63,471 nucleotides of DNA, filler included, from Phoronis australis (GCA_002633005.1; 6 parts of 6 records of this genome joined end to end with filler, not necessarily neighbours in it); one strand, 5' to 3'; positions 22,790-36,589 are shown, counted from the first letter of the whole stretch. A program made the numbers and translations. The notes: generated by a model not told the origin, from the sequence alone.

Positions 22790-25256
22790 AACAAGAGCAA
22801 CGCGGAGCGTTGAAATGCGCCCACAATTGCACCGCATACGGTATCCTTCTAGGGTTGTTTATTGGTACCATAAAGTGGCCAGTAGAGGGCATACTTTGCA
22901 AAATGGAAAGGCATGGTCATTGTCTCCTCAATAGGCTAGGGGCAAAATGTGAGTAATCTTCATAATACAAGCACATCCTATATACCAGTTGCTTAAAGCA
23001 CCACAGAAACAAAAAATTAAAAACAAATTTACCAACATACGAGATTAGCACAGCATTAGAATGCCAGAAACAAATTTCTACTTGGAACTTTTCCTTCACA
23101 GTCATGAAGTAACACAAAGTATACACCTGAAGACCTATGAAAATACAGAGGTCAATGTAAAATACTAAAATTGCCACTAGAGGCAAATACTAAAATTGCC
23201 ACTAGAGGCATACCGGTAATCAGAATCATCCTAAAGTCGTCATCGTCCGTTGTCAACATCACATAAATACACTTGCTAAATTTAGTAAAGATCCTGCAAA
23301 CGGTTTGGGAGATACAGCCATGGGCGCAAAAAAACAAAACTGCCACTAGGAGGCGCCACAGTAGTCCAAATCGTCTGAAAATCATTGTCAGCTGTCTTCC
23401 TTATAGTAAGCACATACACGCCAATTTTCACAATCATCCTTTGAGCGGTTTGGTTGATAGAGGGGTGGACGCAAAAATACAGACTCGAAAACAGTAAAAA
23501 TGGCCACTAGGTGGCGCAAACTACGTCGAATCCATCTGAAAACAGTAGGATAGCGTCATCTCACTAATAGGTGCCTACATACCAAATTTCATGAAAATCC
23601 GTTCAATACTTTTGAAGATACAAAGGTAAGCGTAAAAAACTAAAATTGCCACTAGGGGGCACACCGGTAGTCGGATCCGACCAAAAGTCGTCATCTTCCG
23701 TTGTTAACATCATATAAATATACTTACACAATTTGTAAAGATCCTGCGAACGGTTTAGGAGATACAGCCATAGGCGCAAAAAAACAAAACTGCCACTAGG
23801 AGGCGCCACAGTAGTCGAAATCGTCGGAAAATCATCGTCAACCATCCTCTACATAGTAAGCATATACATGCCAATTTTCACAATCATCCTTTGAGCGGTT
23901 TGGTTGATAGAGGGGTGGACGCACAAAAACAGACTCGAAAACACTAAAAATGGCCACTAGGTGGCGCAAACTATGTCGAATCCATCTGAAAACGGGAGGA
24001 TAGCGTCATCTCACTAATAGGTGCCTACATACCAAATTTCATGAAAATCCGTTCAGGACTTTTGAAGATACAAAGGTAAGCGTAAAAAACTAAAATTGCC
24101 ACTAGGGGGCACACCGGTAGTCGGATCCGACCAAAAGTCGTCATCTTCCGTTGTTAACATCATATAAATATACTTACACAATTTGTAAAGATCCTGCGAA
24201 CGGTTTAGGAGATACAGCCATAGGCGCAAAAAAACAAAACTGCCACTAGGAGGCGCCACAGTAGTCGAAATCGTCGGAAAATCATCGTCAACCATCCTCT
24301 ACATAGTAAGCATATACACGCCAATTTTCACAATCATCCTTTGAGCGGTTTGGTTGATAGAGGGGTGGACGCACAAAAACAGACTCGAAAACACTAAAAA
24401 TGGCCACTAGGTGGCGCAAACTATGTCGAATCCATCTGAAAACGGGAGGATAGCGTCATCTCACTAATAGGTGCCTACATACCAAATTTCATGAAAATCC
24501 AATAAGGACTTGTGAAGATACAAAGGTAAGCGTAAAAAAATTAAAATTGCCACTAGGGGGCACACCGGTAGTCGGATCCGTCCAAAAGTCGTCATCTTCC
24601 GTTGTTAACATCATATAAATATACTTACACAATTTCGTAAAGATCCTGCGAACGGTTTAGGAGATACAGCCATAGGCGCAAAAAAAACAAAACTGCCACT
24701 AGGAGGCGCCACAGTAGTCGAAATCGTCGGAAAATCATCGTCAACCGTCCTCTACATAGTAAGCACATACATGCCAATTTTCACAATCATCCTTTGAGCG
24801 GTTTGGTTGATAGAGGGGTGGAAGCACAAAAACAGACTCGAAAACAGTAAAAATGGCCACTAGGTGGCGCAAACTATGTCGAATCCATCCGAAAACGGCA
24901 GGATAGCGTCATCTCACTACTAGGTGCCTACATACCAAATTTCATGAAAATCCGTTCAGGACTTTTGAAGATACAAAGGTAAGCGTAAAAAACTAAAATT
25001 GCCACTAGGGGGCACACCGGTAGTCGGATCCATCCGAAAGTTCGCACATGCCGTCCCATTCATGAATGGAACATATGTGCCAAATTTCATGAATGTATGT
25101 CAAAGGGTTTTGGAGATAGAGCAGCGGACGCCGGACGCCGGACGGACGCCGCCCGGACGGACGGACGGACGGACGGACGGACGGCCGGACGGACGGACGG
25201 ACGGACAGAGATGACGGCATAATGCGTCCACATATAAATATGTGGGCGCATAAAAA
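22790..25256 (-). mobile_element. Complete non-autonomous Helentron/DINE-1-like element (HINE) with internal satellite array
   Basis: Minus strand reads TTTTT-ATGCGCCCACATA..TATGTGGACGCAT (subTIR + IR), a (CCGT)n microsatellite, a tandem array, then GTGGGCGCAT (3' subTIR), a CAACGC-tcc-GCGTTG hairpin and a CTCTTGTT end. No TSD. Confidence 0.9.
23140..25040. repeat. Higher-order tandem repeat: ~4 x 450 bp, each built of three ~150-bp subunits
   Basis: GCCACTAGG core at ~23192, 23340, 23497, 23642, 23788, 23947, 24092, 24238, 24397, 24543, 24691, 24850 and 24995. The ORF track shows near-identical translations 450 bp apart (23603 and 24053). Confidence 0.95.
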
Positions 25257-26549
25257 TCGTTCACAGACATTTTCTTTCTTTGTTCTAAAGCTAAACCATG
25301 ACTGCCGAGGTTACATCAACCAGTGGTAAAACGTGTGCTGCTGAATGTCCCCCTCCCCCTAGCAGACACGCACAGACCCAGTGAGACAAAGATGAAGCAT
25401 GGACAAATATCATTAGTCACCAGATGGCACTCCCATCACACTAGTATCCATAGCACATCAATGACAAGTCCATGGTAATCTGTTAAACTGTCATTCGCCT
25501 GGATAAATTTTCTGCGGTGTCTTTCCCCTTGTTTTTGCAAGGGGGGAGGGGTCAGATGACTATTTTCACATCACTGCATATATGAGTCCACGTGAGTCTC
25601 CAGAATGTGGGTTACTGTGCTAAACCGGAGACTGCCTAATTTGGCGATGTTCATACTGGTAGTAATATAACACTGATAGTGGTCCTAGATACATATGATG
25701 GCTGTCAAGACTTGATTACATGCGTTTATGCATCAAAAAGTCACTGATAAGCTAAAGACCAAATGTTTTGATGTGTTTTGATCTCAGATATCAAAAAGGT
25801 TCTAAAGAACTGGTTGTTCTCCCACTGTATGAGTTGGCAGGGATCAACACAGAAGGGTATTAGTAGTTTAAATACCCTCAAGTATTCCCCATCTCAATAT
25901 TTTTCCCAACTGCTAAGGTATTGTGTTAGTCAGGATTTTGAAAATGAGATGCCCCCCACCAGACTAAATACCCTCGTGCCCAACTAGTTCCAGACTAGAC
26001 CGTTCAGAATTTCGGGTGATGTCCACCCACCCACCTCTACAGCTTCAAGAATAATGAGCCAAAATTGTACTGTATCTAATCTCCTGCACTTTTGATGTTT
26101 CACTATAAATTAGCTTTGGAAGCACTTAATTCTCAGTTGATACTAACTCCAGTCCTAGGTGTGAGCAACACACATCTAACAAGATGCACATGACACGTCA
26201 TCTTTGCTAATTATAGCAGATTAACACATCAACAATTAATACACAGGTATTGACCTACTGAGAGAACAACGCAGACAATATGTCCTCATCAAATCAATAA
26301 TAGTAAGTACTCAGGGAAGGAAAGGATGGGCCGGTGCAAAGCGTACTAATTGTACCGTTGTAAACCAAACCTTCAGTTACTGAACACTAGCCATGATAGC
26401 CTACATGAAAATGATTTTCTGAAAGTTAGATTTATTGTATATACTGGTAATTATTTTCATTAAAACAGAAGCCATCAATGAACGAGACATACAGTCAAAG
26501 GACAATTGGACATTAATAAGTCATTTCCATCTGGATCCATTAATGACCA

Positions 26550-28203
26550 AACAAGAGCAACGCAGAGCATTGATATGCGCCCACGAATGCACCGCTAACG
26601 GAGTGCTTATAGGGTTGTTTATTTTTTTTCATAAAAATAGCCACAAGAGGGCAAAAAAACATCTAATCCATCTGATAATGCGTCCACATATACATATATG
26701 TGGGCGCATAAAAATGGGTACATGCCATCGCTTCTTTAAAAGAAAGCTATTTAGCAAATTTCATAAAAAATCTGTCAAGAAACTTCAGAGAAACAAAGGA
26801 AAACAAAAAATAATGAAATTGCCACTTTGGGACAGAGCCTTCATTGGATCTGCCTGAAAGACGTAATCTGTTGTTAGCTTAATATAAATACAATTACTAA
26901 ATTTAATAAAGATCCTGTAGTGAGTTTAGGAGATGCAGCTATGGGCACAAAACAAAACAAAACTACCACTACTAGAAGGCGCTACAGTAGTCAAGTGCGT
27001 AATTGTCAACCGTCCTCTTCACACTGAGAACATATATCAAAGTCATCCTCAGAATGGTTTGGTTGATCGAGGGTTGGACGCCAAAAAACAAGACTTCCCA
27101 CAGCGGGAGGATAGCATCATCTCACCAATAAATGCTTATATTCCAAACTTTCTGATAATCTGTTGAGGACCTTTGAAGATACAGAGGTAAGTCTAAAAAA
27201 TGAAAATTGCCACTACGGGGCACACTGGTTGTCAGACCGTCTGAAAGTTGTTGTCATCCGTTGTTAACATCATATAAATACACTTGCTAAATTTAGCAAA
27301 GATGCTGTAAACCATTTAGGAGATACAGCCATGGCACAAAAAAAAAAACTGCCACTAGGAGGCACCACAGTAGTCGAAGTCATTGATAAATCATCGTCAG
27401 CTTCGTAGTAAGAACATACATGCCAATTTTCACAATCATCCTTAGTGCGGCTTGGTTGATAGAGGGGTGGACACCAAAAAACAGACTAAAAACAGTAAAA
27501 ATGGCCACTAGGTGGCACAAACTACGTCAAATTCATCCGAAAATGGGAGGATACCTTTATCTCACAAATAGGTGCCTATATTTCAAACTTTCTGATAGTC
27601 CATAGAGGACCTTTGAAAATACAGAGGGGAGCACACCGGTAGTCAGATCTGTTCGAAAGTTGTCATCCCTTGTCAACATCATATAAATACGATTGCAGAA
27701 TTTAGTAAAGATTATGTAAACGGTTTAGGAGATACAGCCATGGGTGCAAAGAGACAAAACTGTCACTAGGAGGCACCACAGTAGTCAAAATTATTGGAAA
27801 ATCATCGTCAGCTGTCCTCTTCAAAATAAGAACATACATGCCAATTTCCACAATCATCCGTGGACTGGTTTGGTTGATAGAGGAGTGGATGCCAAAAAAC
27901 AGACTCGAAAACAGCAAAAAAATGGCCAATAGGAGGCGCAAACTACGTCGAATCCATCCGAAAACGGAAGGATAGCATCGGATGCCTATATGCCAAATTT
28001 TATGAAAATACGTTTAGGACCTTTGAAGATATAGAGGTAAGCGAAAAAAATAAAATTGCCACTAGGAAGCACACCGGTACTCGGATCCATTCGAAAGTTA
28101 ACTCATGCCGTCCCATCCATGATAGGAACATGTGTGCAAAATTACATGAACGTACGTCAAAGCATTTTGGAGATAGAGCAGCGGACGCCGGGCGCATAAA
28201 AAA
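26550..28203 (-). mobile_element. Second, more diverged HINE locus: a 165-bp miniature copy (26550-26714) abutting a longer satellite-bearing copy
   Basis: AACAAGAGCAACGC..ATGCGCCCAC at 26550; ATGCGTCCACATAT..ATATGTGGGCGCATAAAAA at 26678-26714; ~150-bp subrepeats running to GGGCGCATAAAAAA at ~28203. Confidence 0.8.
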
Positions 28204-28790
28204 GAAGTCCGACAAATTGTAGAGTATACGATAAATTTAATGGTTTCATAGTAACTTATACCTGCATGTCATATTAGCTGGTAGATTATTGCTATGGTAT
28301 CACCACAGCTCTGTATCATTAAGTCCATGTGAGGACGAGACTTAATAGTAACTAATTAGTAACTATTAAGTCTCGTCCACACATGGATTTATCTCTATAC
28401 ACAACTTGTTCTAGTGCAATATATAGCCCCACTTTAAGTAGAGTATACACACGCATCGCACATACCCGGTATGTCCTATAACTATAGCACAAGGCAGAAG
28501 TTGTCGCTCTATGCATGAAAATGAACAGCTGATGTGAATATGGCAGGCAAAGAAGACCCGGCACGCAAACGAAAACTCGATAATTACTTCCGCCTTGCCC
28601 CCGGTTTGCGGCCACACAGCAAGTAGAAATGGCGCAAGTTACTCTAGAACAAATTACCCTACCTGGATAAGGTGGAGTACCTTGTCAAAAGTGGGGCAAG
28701 TTGCACTAGTTTAATTATTCATTTGGCACAGTGGTGTCACACATTCCTGTGTTGAGATGTCAACAGCTCACTTAATTGATGAGGCCAACN

Positions 28791-30011
28791 CTGTCAAGAA
28801 ACTTCAGAGAAACAAAGGAAAACAAAAAATAATGAAATTGCCACTTTGGGACAGAGCCTTCATTGGATCCGCCTGAAAGACGTAATCTGTTGTTAGCTTA
28901 ATATAAATACAATTACTAAATTTAATAAAGCTCCTGTAGTGAGTTTAGGAGATGCAGCTATGGGCACAAAACAAAACAAAACTACCACTACTAGAAGGCG
29001 CTACAGTAGTCAAGTGCGTAATTGTCAACCGTCCTCTTCACACTGAGAACATATATCAAAGTCATCCTCAGAATGGTTTGGTTGATCGAGGGGTGGACGC
29101 CAAAAAACAAGACTCGAAAACATGAATAATGGCCACTAGGTGGTGCAAAGTTCCTCGATTCCATCCCACAGCGGGAGGATAGCATCATCTCACCAATAAA
29201 TGCCTATATTCCAAACTTTCTGATAATCTGTTGAGGACATTTGAAGATACAGAGGTAAGCCTAAAAAATGAAAATTGCCACACTGGTTGTCAGATCCGTC
29301 TGAAAGTTGTTGTCATCCGTTGTTAACATCATATAAATACACTTGCTAAATTTAGCAAAGATGCTGTAAACCATTTAGGAGATACAGCCATGGCACAAAA
29401 AAAAAACTGCCACTAGGAGGCACCACAGTAGTCGAAGTCATTGATAAATCATCGTCAGCTTCGTAGTAAGAACATACATGCCAATTTTCACAATCATCCT
29501 TAGTGAGGCTTGGTTGATAGAGGGGTGGACACCAAAAAACAGACTAAAAACAGTAAAAATGGCCACTAGGTGGCACAAACTACGTCAAATTCATCCGAAA
29601 ATGGGAGGATACCTTTATCTCACTAATAGGTGCCTATATTTCAAACTTTCTGATAATCCATAGAGGACCTTTGAAAATACAGAGGGGAGCACACCGGTAG
29701 TCAGATCTGTTCGAAAGTTGTCATCCCTTGTCAACATCATATAAATACGATTGCAGAATTTAGTAAAGATTATGTAAACGGTTTAGGAGATACAGCCATG
29801 GGTGCAAAGAGACAAAACTGTCACTAGGAGGCACCACAGTAGTCAAAATTATTGGAAAATCATCGTCAGCCGTCCTCTTCAAAATAAGAACATACATGCC
29901 AATTTCCACAATCATCCGTGGACTGGTTTGGTTGATAGAGGAGTGGATGCCAAAAAACAGACTCGAAAACAGCAAAAAAATGGCCAGTAGGAGGCGCAAA
30001 CTACGTCGAAT
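28791..30011. repeat. Near-identical duplicate of ~26772-27953 (probable alternative haplotype)
   Basis: Starts immediately after the N at 28790 and ends at the scaffold gap; differs by SNPs and a ~40-bp indel. Confidence 0.85.
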
Positions 30012-30928
30012 NNNNNNNNNNNNNNNNNNNNNNNNNNNNNNNNNNNNNNNNNNNNNNNNNNNNNNNNNNNNNNNNNNNNNNNNNNNNNNNNNNNNNNNNN
30101 NNNNNNNNNNNNNNNNNNNNNNNNNNNNNNNNNNNNNNNNNNNNNNNNNNNNNNNNNNNNNNNNNNNNNNNNNNNNNNNNNNNNNNNNNNNNNNNNNNNN
30201 NNNNNNNNNNNNNNNNNNNNNNNNNNNNNNNNNNNNNNNNNNNNNNNNNNNNNNNNNNNNNNNNNNNNNNNNNNNNNNNNNNNNNNNNNNNNNNNNNNNN
30301 NNNNNNNNNNNNNNNNNNNNNNNNNNNNNNNNNNNNNNNNNNNNNNNNNNNNNNNNNNNNNNNNNNNNNNNNNNNNNNNNNNNNNNNNNNNNNNNNNNNN
30401 NNNNNNNNNNNNNNNNNNNNNNNNNNNNNNNNNNNNNNNNNNNNNNNNNNNNNNNNNNNNNNNNNNNNNNNNNNNNNNNNNNNNNNNNNNNNNNNNNNNN
30501 NNNNNNNNNNNNNNNNNNNNNNNNNNNNNNNNNNNNNNNNNNNNNNNNNNNNNNNNNNNNNNNNNNNNNNNNNNNNNNNNNNNNNNNNNNNNNNNNNNNN
30601 NNNNNNNNNNNNNNNNNNNNNNNNNNNNNNNNNNNNNNNNNNNNNNNNNNNNNNNNNNNNNNNNNNNNNNNNNNNNNNNNNNNNNNNNNNNNNNNNNNNN
30701 NNNNNNNNNNNNNNNNNNNNNNNNNNNNNNNNNNNNNNNNNNNNNNNNNNNNNNNNNNNNNNNNNNNNNNNNNNNNNNNNNNNNNNNNNNNNNNNNNNNN
30801 NNNNNNNNNNNNNNNNNNNNNNNNNNNNNNNNNNNNNNNNNNNNNNNNNNNNNNNNNNNNNNNNNNNNNNNNNNNNNNNNNNNNNNNNNNNNNNNNNNNN
30901 NNNNNNNNNNNNNNNNNNNNNNNNNNNN
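30012..30928. other. Scaffold gap
   Basis: Run of Ns without the linker core. Confidence 0.99.
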
Positions 30929-33919
30929 CTGTGATTTTAGAAATTTCTTCAAAGGGAAACTGAATTAATACGTTCAAATCAAATGGCTTCCTCTGTGGAA
31001 AACACACAGTTATTTTAACTATAGTGAATTTCATGTGGCACTGTTGTCATTTTCCAAATGAATTATGGAACAGCTGTCAGCTCATAAACATCTGGTGACA
31101 TCAAAGGAAATTGACTTGTAAACAAAATGAAACATCGGGGTTGACTGCAACAAGTGGAACTGAACAACCACCACAAATACAAAAATCGAAGACAGCTACA
31201 AATGCATGGAGCACTTTTAAAACTTTTAGCAAATCTTTTCTGTGCCATGTTCGTTGTTGAATATCTCCTGAAATCTCATTACTTTTCATGAAAAATGCGA
31301 GTATGGGGTGCAGCCGTTCATTAATCGAGCTGGGAAATTCGTATATCGCTATTTTATTTTACTAAATAGTAAGAGCTTTGAAAAGGGACCCCTTTAAGTG
31401 ACTATTACCTGCCTCGAAAAGTATTCATAGCAATGTGAATTTGGTGGCATAATTTGCAGATATTCCTTCAGGCATAACATCGCAAATTAGGATGAGATAC
31501 CGCTTCACCCCAACTATATGACAGATCATTTTAGTCAATTTCAACGCAAGTCAAGGCCTACATATAAATATGCAGCTTTGCACCAAAATGGGTAAAAAAT
31601 GGCCAAATAAAATCTGACAGAAACATAAAGTCATTAAAAATTATACTCTTCCTTTAAGTAAACTAAATTAGTTACCGCTGATAAATAATGCCGTAAGAAC
31701 TATCGTTATTCTGCTATTAAAGTTGTAGAGCAACATCTTATTGGCCAATTTCCTTTTTCATGGAATCTTGGCAATCAACTGTTATTGTGCCACACCTGGT
31801 GTACATGTGAAACCAAATTATTAATTATAGGATTTGGTTTTACTTGTGATAAGTTTTTAGCATCTTAACACCACCACACCGAAATTCTGAGCAAAATGTT
31901 CTTTGGCACAGCGGTGTCATCATCCCCCAAATGATATGTCACAAAAATATTAACGAATGACACGTGTGTGTACCACAACCATTTCTAGTCTGGGACAGAT
32001 TTTCCAATGTGACATGTCAACAAATTATTAAAATGACATATTGACGTAGATTTAACTTTTTTTCTATATCATGATAATAGTCAAGGAGATCGAATGTCAC
32101 TCAACTCCCAAATTTTGCACATACTCCCATCAGTCGTTAGATCTATGTACTCGTTAATACAAGTTTTACAATGTAGTGACAAGCAGCACTACTACGGCGG
32201 GTAGGTGGATTATCGAGGTCCTGACGGCTGTGGTGTGAAGCTAAACATACGGGGTTCCTTGTCTTACCTGTATTTTGACATATTAGCAGCTGGGTACGTG
32301 TTTAGCCAATGCCATGCCATTTGTATGAGGAGCCAAGTTACTGGGATATAGCTGCCACTGCTGACAATATTCTCCAGGAACATTCTAGTAGCTGGAAATT
32401 AGCCTGCCCCAGATACCGGCCGACACTGTTGTGTTGATGGTTGCAGTAAAAAATTCTCAGCTCAGGTAGCCGAGTCGCGCGGTGACCTACATTTGGATTT
32501 GAAAATTTCTTCTCTCATGACTGCAAACACCAAGTACAGTACATCAACAATCACTTTATGAAATACAATAGTACCTGTTGCAAACAGAAGAGTATTTCCC
32601 ACAAAACTACAGTGTTTTTCGCTATTTTGCACAAAACCGGTTTGTCCAGCCAGCCGCCCAGTCAATGTGAACTGCTGCTAGGTAGCGCTGCAAGTTCAAA
32701 CTGGTTTTCTGTCTGACCGCTAGGAGGTCTAGCCAAGGAGTCTTCTGAATGAACTATTTTACTAGCTCAAAATATATAGATAGCATTTCAAAAGGTGTTT
32801 TCCAACAGTGGCGGATCTAGGATATCACAAGGGGGTCCAACATTTTGTCTGTAAACATTTGCGCAAAGCNGCGGCCTAGGAAAATTTTCTGTTTTTTCCT
32901 CCAAAAAATCAAGCATTTTCCTTGTTTGACGAAGTATTATCCAAGAAATGGAATGGGGGAGGTCGGGACGGGGGGAGGGTTGACCTGGCGTTTAGAGCGC
33001 GCGTGCATTACCACGAATTTCGCTCGTAAAAAGTTGGTACTAAGGGACCTACTTGTTTATGGTCCACAGCGTTTGCGCGCGAAACCTACTTCTTTTTGTA
33101 ATGTTTGTTACACTTTTTATATTTTGTGCAATCATTTCGTAACAAATTTGTTGTATTTAAAATAGTCTTCAATTGCTCAAAAGACCAAATCCGTTATTTT
33201 AAGTTGGCATTAATGACGCGATTGCTTTGGAAATCGTCTTATATGGTTTGACAAAGAGAAAATCAGTTATGAGTTTCTGAGTGATTCACTAAGGCTTCGA
33301 TTAAAATTCACATCTTACCAGCAGCCTCTGTTTTTTCATCGTCACTCAGATTCCATTTGCTTTAAATAATGAAAGTAATTTTCTTCATTGCACAGTGAAG
33401 CAGACGACGGAAACGGAGTCGTAGTGCGGTCGCCTGGGATATCGCGGGAGAGCCTATACTTAGCCATAGTTCCGTTACCATTGAGCCGTGTTTCGAATTT
33501 GACACTTGAAATTGGATCTGAGCNCACACATTTCTATCTTGTTTCCGCCGTATAATGTTAATTACCGAGGTTCCCTGCCCCCTCCCCCCATAAATCCGCC
33601 CATGTCCAATAAGTATTTTTAGAATTATAAGAATGTCCATTAGATGCCTAAATGCGTCAAACACGTCCGAATTGAGAACATACCGTCATCTCTGTAAAAC
33701 ATAAGTATTTGCCAAATATCACGAAAACTAATAAGCCAACGAAATCCTAAGAAGTATACTAGACTGAGGCAAACGTAAAAAACTATTGACATTAGGGGCC
33801 ACAGGTATAGTCCGGTTTGTCTGTAACTCGTCATCTCTTGCCATTGACGATGCCGTCTCTCATTGGATGTATATTAAAACAGTTGGCTGCGAAAAATTAT
33901 GGGCACTGAGATATCATCT

Positions 33920-34045
33920 GGACCTCGGTAGCTCAGTTGGAAGAGCACAACACCAGCAATCTAGACTCAGTGAAAGATGTGGTTCGGTTCCCAGAGACCT
34001 GGAAATTTTCTGGAGAGAGGCAGAGAGGCAATCGTGGCATAGCGA
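33920..34045 (+). mobile_element. tRNA-derived SINE head
   Basis: A box TAGCTCAGTTGG and B-box-like GGTTCGGTTCCC, but no intact cloverleaf. Confidence 0.5.
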
Positions 34046-34934
34046 CTTTTAAGATATAACACGCAAGGGAAAGTGTCGAGATATGTGTCGTAATATTTTA
34101 ACTTTGTTGTCTCTAATAGATGTAATTTTGAAATTCTGTAATTTGAAATCTGCACCCGTCACCGAAAGGTAGTTTCCTGTGGCAACGGACTGTACGTCTC
34201 GGGTCACAAAGAAGATGTCATTTGCGTCGATTAGTACGAGGGCCACCTGAAGTTTTTTCGGCGCTAAATGGGACTCAGAAACACCACGTTGAAATGTGTC
34301 GATTATTAGCCAATTGTGTCGTTTTTTAAAAGCATGAAAATATAACAAAAGCAAGCAAGCGTAGCGGGGCGGGGCAGGATACAGTCCCCAGTCGTGTCCC
34401 TGCTATCTGTGAAAAGTCCCCAGACGGCGGTCCACGCGGTCAACTTAGTCCGGCAGCCTGCGGGATCTGCGCTGCCGAAGCCGCGGCTGCAGGTCTGTCC
34501 CCTGCGTATATGTGCGAAATTTTCTAAGTTTCGAGAAATGTGTCGGTTATTGGCCATTTGTGTCGGTTTCAAGCTCAGAGACGTTGGCGGTCGTGATGCC
34601 GACTAAGTGTCGGCATATAGCTCCCAGGATGGCATCTGAAGCGGTCCACATATAAGGCCAGATCGGCTGCCCTGCGGCAACCGTACTATAGCGGCAGTCG
34701 GGGACTGCATGGCCACAGGTATCCATTACCCCAGGGTTGGCGGAGGACTAACTGGGAAGTTCGCGCCGGCTGTCCCGCTGCCGGAAAGTGCCGATCCAGC
34801 CGGTGATCGTAGTGTGAGGATCAGCAAGTTTCTGCGGGTTTTCGTCGCGAAACGAAATGTGTCGATTTCACCATCAATAACCGACACATTTTAAAATGCG
34901 CGTTTTCACTTTACCCCGATCGCGCCATATATCA

Positions 34935-35085
34935 TTTTAATAACGACGTAAATTAATTATTTGTGGCGTAAACCAACTTTTAACGGTGTAAATTAGTTCT
35001 TTGCGTAAATTAATTTACAGCGTAAATCAAAGTTAATTTGTGCTCGTAATTTCCCTGCGTAACGTACACCCATTTGGCCAACGAT
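34935..35085. mobile_element. Right end of a MITE related to 47793-48085
   Basis: CGTAAA subrepeats and terminus GCGTAACGTACACCCATTTGGCCAACGATA. Confidence 0.65.
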
Positions 35086-36589
35086 AACCGTTAAGGGGCA
35101 GACGGCAGACCGGTGCGGGGTCGCATGTGAAACTGGTGCCGCTTTGATGGGTGGGCCGGGTCACAGTTTTAATGTAGCTTAAGTCATGGTGCAATATGGG
35201 ACGTAGACGAAGTACAACACTTTTTCCTTTTTTACCGAATGTTTCGGTCATAGTTTGGACACAGCTTTAAGAATATATCGTCTCAACACGCTGGCCATGC
35301 AGCAGCGCTTTTTTGTTGCACAATTTGACAAACCGCGAATCATTATATACATTGACAGTCCAGAAACACCTCACCGCCAATAATTCGCACACATGCATGT
35401 CCCCCGGACTACGCGTTTATTGTCTGAGATAAGGTATAGGTTATTAGATACATGACTTGAACAACGGCCAAATCCTTAGGAGGCACAGAACAGTTCTCAC
35501 AGGGGTTTGCCTGTCAGAACACACGTCAATGCACTCTTCACCCTTTCTTCACTTTGTCAAAAACTACATGCAAATAAGGAAATGTTTTGAGTCATTTCAC
35601 ATCACAAGCCCTACAGATGAGCACAGAAACTTTATTCTCTCTTGTATTTTTGACCCATTCACCCCCAGTGGAAACCAAGACGAACTAAGAAAAATGAGGG
35701 CAAAAAAATGCAAAATCGGCACTTTTCACCCCAAAATCACCACTTTCCTGCCGATGCTCGACTAATGCCAATATTAGATTCCGAAAGCAAATTTCATACC
35801 AATTTCAAAAATGTGGTCCAAAAGTACTGTCAACAACTAGTTTTTTTGCCAATCTGGCTTGTTTGAGAGCTACCTGAAATCGCGGCCAATTTCTCAGTTG
35901 CTACACAGCAATGCACAACTGCAACAGGGGGCCACCATCTTGAAGAAGAGTGCAGCTACAGCCGAGAAACTGGCCTTTTTTCATTCCTAGCATGTTCACA
36001 AATACAAAAAAAAACACAATCACTTGGCCTACACACAATACCTAATTGAAAAATGCCCCCAAGCCTGGCCTAGCCCTAGATTTTAACATTTTGGAAAAGA
36101 ATAGTCATTTTCATTTAGTTCGGCCACCCGTCACAAAATCGAGTCATTAAATAAGACATATTGACCTTTTTGTTTTCTATGGTTACATTGGTGTCTTACC
36201 AAATAAACCATTAAATTCTTGTTTTAAGTCAGTTTGAAGTTGACAGTTTCATTCCATCAAAGCAATATAATTACTGATAAAAGGAGAAGTACATTCATAC
36301 CAGGGCAATAAAATAACAAAACATAGACACAGAACACATCGTTATTATACTGCAAAATCTTACACAAACCAAATATATAACACTACGTCTGCAATGGTGC
36401 GTTGATATCTGGGAAATTGTTCCCAGCATAATAGTCCTCAGTGGGTGTCGAGTTCAATACCATGGCCACAAACCCCTTTGGTTAAAAATTCAACATCGAA
36501 AACAACGGCGAAATGCCCCTTTAATTGTATTCCGGCACTCTCAAATCAGCGCTCCCCATGCTCAAAGATGTGGTACAGCGCTTGTGTTT

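Noticed and set aside
23140-25040. CRISPR-like array suggested by regularly spaced GCCACTAGG motifs
   Set aside because: The intervening sequences are themselves repeated every 450 bp, spacing is ~150 bp, there are no cas genes and the context is eukaryotic. It is a satellite inside a Helentron-like element.
29760-31034. Long ORFs of 346-424 aa in the ORF track
   Set aside because: Artefacts of translating through the N gap.
33920-34000. tRNA gene
   Set aside because: A and B boxes are present but acceptor and anticodon stems do not form; treated as a SINE head.
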